From NCBI GenBank assembly GCA_963748815.1, contig CAVVKJ010000010.1, positions 768,001-832,000 of the forward strand: 64,000 nucleotides of DNA. The letters run 5' to 3'. This DNA comes from an uncultured Gemmatimonadales bacterium. GTDB taxonomy: Bacteria; Gemmatimonadota; Gemmatimonadetes; Gemmatimonadales; GWC2-71-9. This document shows, piece by piece, positions 40,926-50,588 of the stretch (positions are counted from its first letter, which is position 1; every line of letters starts with the position of its first letter). Both the position numbers and the translations under genes were made by a program. The notes beneath the pieces are model-generated. The model saw nothing but the letters and a program-made list of their open reading frames with translations, searched no databases and was not told the origin of the DNA.

Positions 40926-42371
40926 CTACACGGTCTCGATCTTGAGGAGGTTGGTGGTGCCGGGCATGTCGAAGGGGACGCCGGCGGTGACCACCACCCG
41001 GTCGCCCACCTGCACCAGCCCCTGCTCGAGGAGCGCGGCCCGGGCCACGAGGATCATCGCGTCGTAGTTGGGGACACGATCGACCAGCACCGGCGTGACC
41101 CCCCACACCAGCGCCAGGGCGCGGTAGGTGTCGGGTTCCGGGGTGACCGCCACGATCGGCACGGAGGGACGGAACGAGGCCACCGTGCGAGCGGTGAAGC
41201 CGCTCGAGGTGAAACAGGCGATGACCCGGGTGTCGAGGAGCTCCGAGGCGGCGCAGACCGCGACGGCGATGGCGTCCTCGGTCCGCGCCTCCCGCGCCTC
41301 GAATCGGTTGCCGCCGCCGCTCCGCCGTCCCACCGCCAGGTCGAAGGCGGCGCTCCGCCCCTTCCGGTGGCTTTCGACCTCCCGGGCAATCCGGTCCATC
41401 GCCTGCACCGCCTCCAGGGCGTAGTCGCCGACGGCCGTCTCGGCGGAGAGCATGACCGCGTCGGTGCCGTCCAGAATGGCGTTGGCCACATCGGACGCCT
41501 CCGCCCGGGTCGGCCGCGGCGCATGGACCATCGACTCCAGCATCTGGGTGGCGGTGATGACCGGCTTGCCGCGGAGGTTGGCCTCGCGAATGAGGCGCTT
41601 CTGCACCAGCGGGACCTCCTCGAAGGGCAGCTCGACGCCGAGGTCGCCGCGGGCCACCATCACGGCGTCGGTGGCGTCGAGGATCGACTCCAGATGGAGG
41701 AGGGCGGTGTCCTTCTCGATCTTGGCCACCAGCTGGATCCGCTTGGGAATCATGGTCCGGAGCTGATTCAGCTCCTCGGCCCGTCGGACGAAGGAGACGC
41801 CGATGTAGTCGACCCCGAGCTCGATGGCGTGGGCCACCTCCTCCTTGTCCTTCTCCGTCACCGCGGGGGCGCTGACGTCGACCCCGGGGAGGTTCATCCC
41901 CTTATTGGCCCGCAGCAGCCCGCCGTACCGGACGATCCCGTCGACGCGGTCCTCCCGGATACCGGTGACCTCGACGGCAAGGAGACCATCGTCCAGGAGA
42001 ATCTTCGACCCGGGGTGCATGTCCCCTGCGAGGCTGGCGTAGGTGGTGGGAATCTCGGCGCCCGCCGCGACCGCCTCCGGCGCGAAGGTGACCGACTGAC
42101 CTTGGGCCAGCTCCAAGGGCTCCGGGAGCTGGCCCACCCTGATCCGGGGCCCGTGCAGGTCCACGAGGATCGCCACCGGACCCTTCCGACCCTTCCGTAC
42201 CCGCTGCAGGTCCCGAATCCACTTCTCGCGCAATTCCGGGGTCCCGTGGGAGGCGTTCACCCGGACCACGTTCACCCCGGCATCGAGCAGCTGCACCATC
42301 CGGTCGGGATGGCACCAGGCGGGCCCCAGGGTGGCGACGATCTTTGTCCGGCGAATGGAGGAAGTCGGCAA
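40926..42371 (-). CDS. pyk: Pyruvate kinase (start probably TTG 42371)
   Basis: RRTKIVATLGP, RVNASHG, AKIE, MVARGDLGVE, TATQMLESM, PTRAEASDV. Confidence 0.96.
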   Translation of the reverse strand: MPTSSIRRTKIVATLGPAWCHPDRMVQLLDAGVNVVRVNASHGTPELREKWIRDLQRVRKGRKGPVAILVDLHGPRIRVGQLPEPLELAQGQSVTFAPEAVAAGAEIPTTYASLAGDMHPGSKILLDDGLLAVEVTGIREDRVDGIVRYGGLLRANKGMNLPGVDVSAPAVTEKDKEEVAHAIELGVDYIGVSFVRRAEELNQLRTMIPKRIQLVAKIEKDTALLHLESILDATDAVMVARGDLGVELPFEEVPLVQKRLIREANLRGKPVITATQMLESMVHAPRPTRAEASDVANAILDGTDAVMLSAETAVGDYALEAVQAMDRIAREVESHRKGRSAAFDLAVGRRSGGGNRFEAREARTEDAIAVAVCAASELLDTRVIACFTSSGFTARTVASFRPSVPIVAVTPEPDTYRALALVWGVTPVLVDRVPNYDAMILVARAALLEQGLVQVGDRVVVTAGVPFDMPGTTNLLKIETV

Positions 42372-42430
42372 GAGACGGCTCGGGGTTGGGGGACGGCGAT
42401 CGATGCTGGATTCTAACGGAACGTGGTGGG

Positions 42431-42470
42431 GGGGGACAGCGGGGCAGCGGGGCAGCGGGGCAGCGGGGCC
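42431..42470. repeat. GCGGGGCA octamer tandem repeat (~4 units)
   Basis: gggggaca gcggggca gcggggca gcggggca gcggggcc. Confidence 0.85.
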
Positions 42471-42669
42471 GAAGGCGCGTAGCTCCCCCGACCGTGTCAA
42501 CAGGCAGCCTCACCGAATTGGTCAACCGTGGGGACTCCTGGCATCCGGCACGTTGGGTTGAACCCCTTTGAATAGGGGTGGGCGTAAGCCCACCCGGCGG
42601 TGCGCCCCCGCATGCGCGTGGCATTGGCGACGGGGCATTTGCCGACCCCGATCGGTCCGGCACCGCGGA

Positions 42670-43135
42670 CCCAACGTTTTCCACATCCGCCCAGGTGCAC
42701 GGTTTCAGGTCATCCAACCGAGGTGGCCTGGGGTCCCCGATTGGGCCTGGATATCCCCATTTGGGGATGATGTTCATATATCATTTCCACCTCCCAACAG
42801 ACAGTCGGCGAGCCACACCGGTGGCTGGACGGTGACTATCCACGTCCGTGTGGAATGGGCAAACTTTCCCCCAGAATTGGCGTGGAAACCGTGGAAACCA
42901 GCTTCTTAGTCATTGTAGGACAAAGCACTAGAGGTGTACTTAACTTTCCACTTTAAGTGGAACTCTTAACTTTATTATTAACATCACTTACAGATTGGGA
43001 TAAAATGTGGAAAGTAGGGTGGTGACAGTGTCGTTACCCGGACTCGAACATGCGTAATCGCTGCATAAAAGAGCCCCGGAGACCCAAAAACCTGGGGTCG
43101 CCGGGGCGGGCAGAATTATGGTGTGTGGAGAACGG
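42670..43135. other. Candidate replication origin (DnaA-box cluster + AT-rich unwinding region)
   Basis: TTTTCCACA 42677 plus ~9 related TTCCAC/GTGGAA 9-mers; AT-rich 42905-43020; no credible ORF. Confidence 0.6.
43056..43107 (-). terminator. Intrinsic terminator of 43139..43390 gene
   Basis: Minus strand GCCCCGGCGACCCCAGG-TTTT-TGGGTCTCCGGGGC-TCTTTTAT. Confidence 0.65.
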
Positions 43136-43138
43136 AAA

Positions 43139-43390
43139 TCAGTCGAGCAGTTCGAGGTCGACCACCTGACCGGCCTGCAAACCCAGCTCCTTTACGATCT
43201 TCTCCGGGAGGGTCACCCCTGCCCCGCTGCTGAAGCTCCAGCCCCGGGTCTTGAACCGCCTCCCCCCGACCTTGACCGTGACCGGGACGCTCTTGCCGAG
43301 CGGCAGGCTGCCGGCCGGGAGGAAGACCTTGGCGTAGGTGCTCGCGCCGTAGCGTTCGAGGACGAGCCGTTCGTGAACCAGGGTGGACAT
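43139..43390 (-). CDS. Small hypothetical protein (DUF1905/AbrB-like beta fold)
   Basis: GGAG RBS; VPVTVKVGG..F....; TLPEKIVKELGLQAGQVVDLEL. Confidence 0.65.
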   Translation of the reverse strand: MSTLVHERLVLERYGASTYAKVFLPAGSLPLGKSVPVTVKVGGRRFKTRGWSFSSGAGVTLPEKIVKELGLQAGQVVDLELLD

Positions 43391-43418
43391 CGCTGCTCCC
43401 TCCGGGGGAGCTGCTAAC

Positions 43419-44276
43419 CTATCCCCCGCTCGGCGGGGCGCCAGAGGCGCTTTGCCGGGTGAACTCCACCCGGGCCTCGCCTCCCCAGTACATCGGCCCG
43501 AACATCCGGATCGGGGAGGCCTTCAGCGCCTTGGCCAGGTCGTCCTTCCCCTGGACGTTGAACACGCCCGGCAGGTGGCGCATCCACTGGGGTGCCGAAG
43601 AGGCGACGCCGGCCCAGCGGATGGACCGCTTTCCATCGAAAATCTGGGTGGTGGCCCTCGACTCACCGAACGCGGTGGAGTCCCGACCGCTCATCTGGCC
43701 CTTCCAGGAGAGCACCGTCTTCCCGATGGTGACCGAGTAGTTCTGGTTGGTCGACTCCGGCACCGTCACGAGGCTCCGCTTGAACACCGTCATCGGGATG
43801 AAGGCGCTTTCCGAGCGCTTCCGGACCCGCCAGTCGTTGGTCCAGTACTGGGCCACATACCACTGATCGAGTGCCGGAGCGCCACCGGTGCGGGAGGCGG
43901 CAATGGCCCAGTACCCGATGAGTTCCCGAGCCCCCATCTTCTTGTCCGGCGAAAAAACCGACCCCCCGATGTCCACGGTGGGCGACTCGATGAAGCAGAC
44001 CTGCGCCGGGACCCACCCGCCATAGGTCGCGTCCCCCTCGACCTCCCGATGGAGCAGCGGGGAAAGCGGGGCAAAACTGGCCGCCGGGATGACCTGGAAC
44101 CCCTGCGGGAGCTGCCGGGTGGCGAGGTCGGGCGCCATCAGGAAATCGACGCAGGCAAGGAACTCGACCTGGGGAAAGACCCAGAGGTACCCGGGGGCGG
44201 GGTCGGACTGGGCGAAGCCGGGGCTCACCAGGACGCCCAGCAGCCCCAAGGCGGGCAGAAAGGATTTTAGGCTCAC
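43419..44276 (-). CDS. Secreted hypothetical protein
   Basis: GTG 44276 overlapping upstream stop; signal-peptide-like SFLPALGLLGVLVSPGFAQ. Confidence 0.7.
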   Translation of the reverse strand: MSLKSFLPALGLLGVLVSPGFAQSDPAPGYLWVFPQVEFLACVDFLMAPDLATRQLPQGFQVIPAASFAPLSPLLHREVEGDATYGGWVPAQVCFIESPTVDIGGSVFSPDKKMGARELIGYWAIAASRTGGAPALDQWYVAQYWTNDWRVRKRSESAFIPMTVFKRSLVTVPESTNQNYSVTIGKTVLSWKGQMSGRDSTAFGESRATTQIFDGKRSIRWAGVASSAPQWMRHLPGVFNVQGKDDLAKALKASPIRMFGPMYWGGEARVEFTRQSASGAPPSGG

Positions 44277-44860
44277 GACTTCCCTCGCGCATCGGCGATC
44301 GCCTTCTGGAGGCGATCGTAGCCCTTCGGATCCGTCGCGTTGAACTGCAATTCCCGCCAGGCCACCTTCCCGTTCTTGCCGATGACGTAGACCACCCGCC
44401 GGTTGTACCCCTCGGACCCCTTGGCCCCGTACTTCGCCGCGACCCGCTGCTTTGGGTCCGAGAGGAGCTTGAACGGCAGCCCCAGGCTTTCGGCGAACCG
44501 GACATGGGTCTCGAGGCTGTCCACGCTGATCCCCACCAGCACGGCCCCTTCGAACATCGTGGCGTACCGGTCGGCGAAGGTACGCATTTCCGCCGTGCAC
44601 CCGGACGTGAAATCCCGCGGGTAGAAGGCCAGGACGACGACCTGGCCCTCGAGCGCCGTCAGCGAGAAGGGCTCCTCCGCCGGCCCGATCCCGTTCTTGT
44701 CGGCCCAGGGCGCGGAAAAATCGACCGCCTTCTGCCCCGGCTCGGGCCCGGTCACCAGGATGGCGGTGGCGGGACCCGACGCGGTCGCAGCGGAGTCCTG
44801 CGCGGCAACGGGGGCGGCGACAAGGAGCGCCACCAGGGAAACGGACAGCAATGACTTCAT
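44273..44860 (-). CDS. Exported peroxiredoxin (BCP/PrxQ-like, single Cys)
   Basis: FYPRDFTSGCTAE peroxidatic motif, GISVD, LLSD, RVVYVI; N-terminal signal peptide. Confidence 0.88.
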   Translation of the reverse strand: MKSLLSVSLVALLVAAPVAAQDSAATASGPATAILVTGPEPGQKAVDFSAPWADKNGIGPAEEPFSLTALEGQVVVLAFYPRDFTSGCTAEMRTFADRYATMFEGAVLVGISVDSLETHVRFAESLGLPFKLLSDPKQRVAAKYGAKGSEGYNRRVVYVIGKNGKVAWRELQFNATDPKGYDRLQKAIADARGKS

Positions 44861-44878
44861 GGTCGGACCTCGGTGGAG

Positions 44879-45379
44879 TTATTTCGTGGTGGCGCGGCGG
44901 AGGGCGGCCCCGAAGGACTGCCTCCCGCCGACCCCGGTGTAGACGATGCGCCCATTCCCGTCGATGATAACCACGTAGGAGGTCTCCGCGACATCGTACG
45001 CGCGCTGACTGACGCCCTCGTCGTCATAGAGCACCAGCCAGGGTGGCTGCGCCCGCGCCACCCAGGCCCGGACCGAATCGCGCGGGTCGCCGACGGTGAT
45101 GTTGACGCCGATGAACTGCACCTGCTGGCCGTACGTCGCCTGGGCGGCGGCCACCGCCGGCTCGAGCGCCGCGCAGGAGGTGCACCAGGTGGCCCAGAAC
45201 AGCAGGAAGACGGGCCGCTTCCCGATCCACTGGCCCAGGTCGACCGACTGCCCGTCGAGGTCGTGGACGGCCACCACCGGGGCGGCATTGCCGACGCCCG
45301 GCGTCTGCGCCGCCGCCGGCCGGCAGATCAACAGCGCCACCACGCAGGCCAGTGCGGCTACTGCTCCCCTGCTCCCCAC
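44879..45379 (-). CDS. TlpA-like thiol:disulfide oxidoreductase
   Basis: FWATWCTSC, signal peptide, IIDGNGRI. Confidence 0.88.
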   Translation of the reverse strand: MGSRGAVAALACVVALLICRPAAAQTPGVGNAAPVVAVHDLDGQSVDLGQWIGKRPVFLLFWATWCTSCAALEPAVAAAQATYGQQVQFIGVNITVGDPRDSVRAWVARAQPPWLVLYDDEGVSQRAYDVAETSYVVIIDGNGRIVYTGVGGRQSFGAALRRATTK

Positions 45380-46612
45380 CTAGCTCGCGACCGGCTCGGC
45401 GGGGGCGTACCGGCCCTCGACGTATTCCTCGAGCAACGCCAGGAATTCCGGCACGATCCGTTCGCCGCTCAGGGTGACGCGCAACTGGCCGTCCACATAC
45501 ACCGGCGCCCGCGGGTCCTCGGCGGTGCCCGGCAGCGAAATACCGATGTCGGCGTGCTTCGACTCGCCCGGTCCGTTCACGATGCAGCCCATCACCGCCA
45601 CCCGCATCGACTCGACCCCGGGCCGCGCCTCGCGCCAGACCGGCATCTGCGCGCGCAGGTACCGCTCGATGTCCTGCGCCATCGACTGGAAGAAGGTGCT
45701 GGTGGTCCGGCCGCAGCCGGGACAGCTGGTGACCTGCGGCGTGAAGCTGCGGAGGTCGAGCGACTGGAGAATCTGCTGCGCCACCTGCACCTCTTCGGTG
45801 CGGTCACCGCCGGGGGCCGGCGTCAGGGAGACGCGGATGGTGTCGCCGATCCCCTCCTGCAGCAGGATGGCGAGCCCGGCCGTGCTGGCCACGATCCCCT
45901 TGGTGCCGAGGCCGGCCTCGGTCAGCCCGAGGTGCAGCGGATAGTCGCCGCGCGCGGCGAGCAGACGGTACACATCCACCAGGTCCTGCACCGCCGAGAC
46001 CTTGGCGGAGAGAATGATCCGGTCATGCGCCAGGCCGGTGTCCTCGGCCAGCGCCGCCGAGCGGATGGCGCTCTCGACCATCGCGTCGAGCGTGACGGCG
46101 CGCGCCTCTCGCGGGACGGCGAGCCGGTGGTTGGCGTCCATCAGCTCGGTGAGGAGCGCCTGGTCGAGCGACCCCCAGTTGACCCCGATCCGTACCGGCC
46201 GGTCGTGCCGCAGCGCGACCTCGATGATGGCGCGGAAGTGCTCGTCGCGCCGCTTGCCGCCGACGTTGCCGGGGTTGATCCGGTACTTGGCGAGGGCCGC
46301 GGCACAGGCCGGATACTTGGTGAGGAGGATGTGGCCGTTGTAGTGGAAATCGCCGATGACCGGGACGCGCACCCCGATCCGGTCGAGTCCCTCGACGATT
46401 TCGGGAACCGCGCGGGCCGCCTCCTCGGTGTTGACCGTCACCCGCACGAGCTCGCTCCCCGCCCGCGCCAGCGCCGCCACCTGGCGCACCGTCCCCACCA
46501 CGTCGGCGGTATCGGTGTTCGTCATCGACTGGACGACGATGGGGTGGCAGGAGCCGACGCTCACGTGCCCGATGCGGGTCGTGACGGTGGGGCGGCGGGG
46601 GATGGGAGGCAT
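45380..46612 (-). CDS. ispG: HMBPP synthase (MEP pathway)
   Basis: [68 protein letters not shown]. Confidence 0.97.
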   Translation of the reverse strand: MPPIPRRPTVTTRIGHVSVGSCHPIVVQSMTNTDTADVVGTVRQVAALARAGSELVRVTVNTEEAARAVPEIVEGLDRIGVRVPVIGDFHYNGHILLTKYPACAAALAKYRINPGNVGGKRRDEHFRAIIEVALRHDRPVRIGVNWGSLDQALLTELMDANHRLAVPREARAVTLDAMVESAIRSAALAEDTGLAHDRIILSAKVSAVQDLVDVYRLLAARGDYPLHLGLTEAGLGTKGIVASTAGLAILLQEGIGDTIRVSLTPAPGGDRTEEVQVAQQILQSLDLRSFTPQVTSCPGCGRTTSTFFQSMAQDIERYLRAQMPVWREARPGVESMRVAVMGCIVNGPGESKHADIGISLPGTAEDPRAPVYVDGQLRVTLSGERIVPEFLALLEEYVEGRYAPAEPVAS

Positions 46613-46626
46613 TGGGGAAATATACA

Positions 46627-46763
46627 GGGGAGGACGAAGGAGAAAGAGGACTTGGGACTTGGAGGGGCTGACGGGAAAGGAAAAGGGGTGTCTCCTCACC
46701 GGAAGGAACTCCTCCTTCGCCCTTCCTCCTTCCGCCCTCCAAGTCCTTAGTCCCTTCTCCTTT
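46627..46763. repeat. Intergenic element with inverted heptamer-repeat arms
   Basis: Purine-rich left arm GGACTTG GGACTTGGAGGG vs pyrimidine-rich right arm CCCTCCAAGTCC TTAGTCC (12-bp perfect IR). Confidence 0.6.
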
Positions 46764-46771
46764 GCCGCTGT

Positions 46772-47649
46772 TCAGCTCCGGTCAAACTCCGCCTCGTCGA
46801 GGTCCCGCATCTCCTGCGGCTCCAGCCGGAGGTCGCCCGCCGTCCAGCTGTCGAGCGCGTGCGGGCACGGTGCGGGCGCCAGGAATGACGATCACGTTCG
46901 AGGCCTGCTCCAGCACCCAGGCCAGGACCACGGCGTGCGCCGAGACGCCGCGATGGGCGGCGATCGACTTCACCACGGGCTGCGATCGGGAGCTTCTGGT
47001 TGAGGCGGCCGCCGCCCACGGGGCTGTAGGCCAGGAAGCCGATGCCGAGGTCCTCGCAATGTTCCACGACCCCCTCGGTGAGCGCCTCGCGGAAGAAGGG
47101 GTTCAGCCGGTTCTGCACCGTCACGACCTCGATGTGGCGTCGGGCCGCGTTGATCTGGTCGACCGAGACGTTGGAGAGCCCGAGCCACCGGATCTTCCCC
47201 GCGGCCTGGAGTTCCGCGAGCATCCCGATGCTCTCGCCGAATGGGACACGGGGGTCGGGGGCGTGGAACTGGTAGAGATCGATGCGGTCCACGCCGAGTG
47301 CCTGCAGGGATCGGTCACAGGCCCGCCGCAGGTGTTCGGGGCGGCCGTTCCGGTCCCAGCTCCCCTGCGGCCGGGTCATTCCCCCCTTGGTGGCCACGAT
47401 CACCTCGTCGCGGGGGCCGTTCCATTCGCGGAGGGCCCGGGCCATCAGCCGTTCGTTGTGCCCAAGGTCCTCGTCGGAGAGGCAGTAGACGTCGGCGGTG
47501 TCGAGGAGGCGGACGCCGGCGTCCAGGGCGGCGTGGATGACGCGCACGGCATCCGGTTCCGGTGGACGGCCGGCGGTAGAAAGCGGCATGCCCCCGAAAC
47601 CGACCGGGGGCACGCGTGGAGCAGCGGGGCCGAGCGGGCGTTCGATCAC
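46772..47649 (-). CDS. Aldo/keto reductase (frameshifts near 3' end)
   Basis: GFGGM, LDTADVY, IVATKGG, IDLYQFH, GLSN, AYSPVGGG, IPGA. Confidence 0.9.
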
Positions 47650-47909
47650 ACGAGGCCGAGCTTCTTGGTCAGGCGGTAGTGTTCTTCCGGCCGGAGGGTC
47701 CCGTCGGTGGCGAGCGGGGCCAGCGCCTGGAGGATGTCGGCGCGTGAGCCGTCGATCCGGCGCTCGCGGAGCTCCCCGATCATGCGGGCGAAGCGCGCCT
47801 CGAACTGGTCGGCGTTCAGCTCGCCGTTGGCGCGCATGTCGCTGATGTTGTGCAGCTCTTCCAGCAGGCGCGGCACGGTGATCGGGGTGAGTTGGGGGGT
47901 CTCGGACAT
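47646..47909 (-). CDS. Small hypothetical protein
   Basis: GAGG RBS, ATG 47909, typical codon usage, stop overlaps next start. Confidence 0.65.
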   Translation of the reverse strand: MSETPQLTPITVPRLLEELHNISDMRANGELNADQFEARFARMIGELRERRIDGSRADILQALAPLATDGTLRPEEHYRLTKKLGLV

Positions 47910-47983
47910 CGTGTCGACCTCAGTAGAGCGGTGGGAGCGGCGGAGTACGTCTCGGCAATATAACGGCAGGCCCGGGACGACCG

Positions 47984-48259
47984 TCACCCGGTGGCCTCGC
48001 GCCTGGGTTCCACCGACGCGGCGTCGTAGGCGCGGGTCCGGAGCGGCGAGGTGCGGCCGCGGGTCCAGCCGCCCCGGAACTCGAAGTGTTCCTCCGGGAG
48101 GAGCCGGTCGCCGAGCGGCACGGTGCCGGCCAGCTCCAGATGCCAGAAGAGCATCCTCGCGCCGACCTCCGCGGCCGGCATCCACTCCCCGGGCTTGATC
48201 GGGGGATAGTGCTCCGCGAACTCGACGCGCAGCCGGGTCATCCGGATTTCCATGTCCAT
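47984..48259 (-). CDS. Small hypothetical protein
   Basis: RLRVEFAEHYPPIKPGEWMPA...RLLPEEHFEFRGG protein-like segment of ORF 47984..48574. Confidence 0.6.
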   Translation of the reverse strand: MDMEIRMTRLRVEFAEHYPPIKPGEWMPAAEVGARMLFWHLELAGTVPLGDRLLPEEHFEFRGGWTRGRTSPLRTRAYDAASVEPRREATG

Positions 48260-48267
48260 AAGTACGG

Positions 48268-48675
48268 TCAACCCCACCGCGAGAGAATGGCACCCATCGC
48301 TGCAAAGTACACAAACTGATAGAGCGCGTCGATCAGCCAGGCGCCGAACCGCTTCTCCGAGAAGACGAGGGCCGTCAGGCTCACCGGCATCACGATGAAG
48401 GACCAGAGCATGATGCCCGTGTGCGTGCCGCCCAGCAGCGTGTCGCCCCGGGCAAGGGCGCCGATCCCCACCCCGAGCACCAGGTACGCGACGAACGAGA
48501 TGCCGTACGCCCGGGGGGCGCCCGCCTTCAGCTCCGCCAGCTTGTCCGGGGTGTACCCGTTGAGCTCCATCCACGGCCGGGCGAACAGGAGGGGAGAATA
48601 CCAGAGCATCCCGATGACGAACGTCGCCACGGCAGCCAGCAGTACGCCCACGGGATTCACGTCGAACGGCAACAT
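48268..48675 (-). CDS. DUF1761 family membrane protein
   Basis: VNPVGVLLAAV..FVIGMLWYSPLLFARPWM; IDALYQ. Confidence 0.82.
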   Translation of the reverse strand: MLPFDVNPVGVLLAAVATFVIGMLWYSPLLFARPWMELNGYTPDKLAELKAGAPRAYGISFVAYLVLGVGIGALARGDTLLGGTHTGIMLWSFIVMPVSLTALVFSEKRFGAWLIDALYQFVYFAAMGAILSRWG

Positions 48676-48851
48676 GCGCGCTACCTCCTCCGGAGTTGCG
48701 GCCACCTCGGCAACGCGTCAGGCACGTTCAGCGATGGCCGGGCACGAGACGTCCGGAACGGTTCGGATCCGCGGTGGTAAGCAGGGGGTATGCGAGGAAT
48801 CTGCGCCCTTCGGCGGCAATGTCAAATCGGGGCCCCCGCGTCGGCCGGCGC

Positions 48852-50588
48852 TCACCCCTTCAAGTCGAGGTCGATGCTCCGCGGCGCGGCCGCCCCCGAC
48901 TCATCCACCAGCCCGGTGTGCAGCGTCGGGATGCGGATTTCCCGCGTGGCGGGGAACATCTGGAAATAGGCCTGGATCGTTTCGTTGGTGCCGCTGAGGT
49001 ATACGATGTCGCCGTCGCGCACCTCGAAGGTCTCGTCGAAGTCCACGAGGATGCCCTCGCCACGCTCGACGGCCACGACGGAGCAGCCGGTGCGATCCCG
49101 GATCCAGTGCTTGAGCAGGGGTCGGCCCACGAAGTTGCCGGCCGCGGTCGCCACGATCTTGATCTTGCCCTCCAGCGACACTGCGGACTGCCCGAAGAGG
49201 TGATAGGAGAGCAGCTGCCCGGCCACCTGGCTCATCGACAGGGCGAAATCGGCCCCAGCGCGGTGAATCCGCGAGACGTTTTCCGCCTGACGCACCCCCG
49301 CCATGATCATCGCGTCGGGCGAGAGGCTCCGCATGACTGCCGTGGCGAAGAGCGTCGCGCTGTCGGAGTCGAGGGCCAGGATGATGCCCTGCAACCCGCC
49401 GACGCCGACCCGCTCCAGCACCCGGTTGTCGAGGTGGTCGCCGACGACATCCACGCCAGGCCCTTCCGCCGCCGCCAGGAGCCGCACGGCCTCCCCCGCG
49501 TCCCGGAGAAACTCCGCCACCTTGCGCCCGATATCAGTATTCCCCACCACCAGGAACGCGCCCTCGCGCGGCACCGGGGTCGCGAGGGCGCCGAGGCGGT
49601 CGATGGATGGGTGGCTGCCGATCGCGACGATGATGGTGCCGACGTCGAGCCGGCTGTCCAGCTTCGGCTGGGCGGACAGCACCCCGCCCACCCAGAGTCC
49701 AATGATGGTGGCGCCGGTCTGTTCCCGGATGCGGGCCTCGCCGATGGTCTTCCCGGCAAAGGGGCTGGCCGCGTGGACCCGGAGTTCGGCCACCTCGAGA
49801 TGCTCGCCGAGATGTCGCACGCCCGCGACGCGCGGACTGATCTTCATGCTGGCCCGCGCCGCGAGCGCGGCGGCGAGCACGTGGGTGGGCGTGAACGCCG
49901 TGGTGGCGCCGGCGCGCACCATCGGCGGCCGCCGGTTGGGGTCCTGCACCATGGCCACGATCTTCCCGGTGTACCCGTAGTACCGCGCGTTGAGCGTCAT
50001 GGCCGCGTTGTAGTTGTCTTCCCCGTTGAGCACCAGGCCGCGCGCGCCGACGAGGTTCGAGAGGTCCGGGTCCTCCTCCCGCAGGTTGCCGAAGACCACC
50101 TCGAGGCCGCGTTCGCGCAGCCGGCGCGCCGTGGGCTCGTCCTCCTCGAAGATGACGGCCTGGACCTCTTCGTGCGCCAGCAGGTCGAGGAGCGAGGTGA
50201 CCGCCGGACCGTACCGGTAGATCAGGACCCGCCCCGCCATCGGCGGCAGCACCCGCGGGAGGCGGGCCTCGAAGCGCTCCTCGAAAAACGGAATGAGGAA
50301 GACGGGGAAGACGAGGAAGATGAGCATCGTCCCCGCGAACTGCACCGCGACGACGTAGGCCACCATGAACGGGTTGGACCAGTGCATGTCCTTGCCGTAG
50401 CCGGTGGTCGTCAGGGTCTCCGCCGCCCATTCGATGCTGTCGCCCAGGGTCCTCGGCTGCCCCTCGAAGTAGAGCATGCCGAGCTGGTAGACCAGCCCCA
50501 GCACGACGAGCATCATCGGCAGGGAGAGGATGAGGAGCAGCAACCGGCGGTACGAACGCGGCAGGCTTCGGATTGCAAACGCCTTCAT
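48852..50588 (-). CDS. Potassium channel with tandem RCK (TrkA-N/TrkA-C) domains
   Basis: Two TMs with pore WAAETLTTTGYG; two RCK_N/RCK_C pairs (IREQTGATIIG, IRDRTGCSVVAVER); ATG 50588. Confidence 0.85.
   Translation of the reverse strand: MKAFAIRSLPRSYRRLLLLILSLPMMLVVLGLVYQLGMLYFEGQPRTLGDSIEWAAETLTTTGYGKDMHWSNPFMVAYVVAVQFAGTMLIFLVFPVFLIPFFEERFEARLPRVLPPMAGRVLIYRYGPAVTSLLDLLAHEEVQAVIFEEDEPTARRLRERGLEVVFGNLREEDPDLSNLVGARGLVLNGEDNYNAAMTLNARYYGYTGKIVAMVQDPNRRPPMVRAGATTAFTPTHVLAAALAARASMKISPRVAGVRHLGEHLEVAELRVHAASPFAGKTIGEARIREQTGATIIGLWVGGVLSAQPKLDSRLDVGTIIVAIGSHPSIDRLGALATPVPREGAFLVVGNTDIGRKVAEFLRDAGEAVRLLAAAEGPGVDVVGDHLDNRVLERVGVGGLQGIILALDSDSATLFATAVMRSLSPDAMIMAGVRQAENVSRIHRAGADFALSMSQVAGQLLSYHLFGQSAVSLEGKIKIVATAAGNFVGRPLLKHWIRDRTGCSVVAVERGEGILVDFDETFEVRDGDIVYLSGTNETIQAYFQMFPATREIRIPTLHTGLVDESGAAAPRSIDLDLKG

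Noticed and set aside
42497..42909. Short ORFs in the pyk upstream region
   Set aside because: Atypical codon usage, no RBS or motifs; region better explained as non-coding
43040..43065. GTTCGAGTCC tRNA T-loop-like sequence on the minus strand
   Set aside because: No T-stem, anticodon arm or acceptor stem can be formed around it
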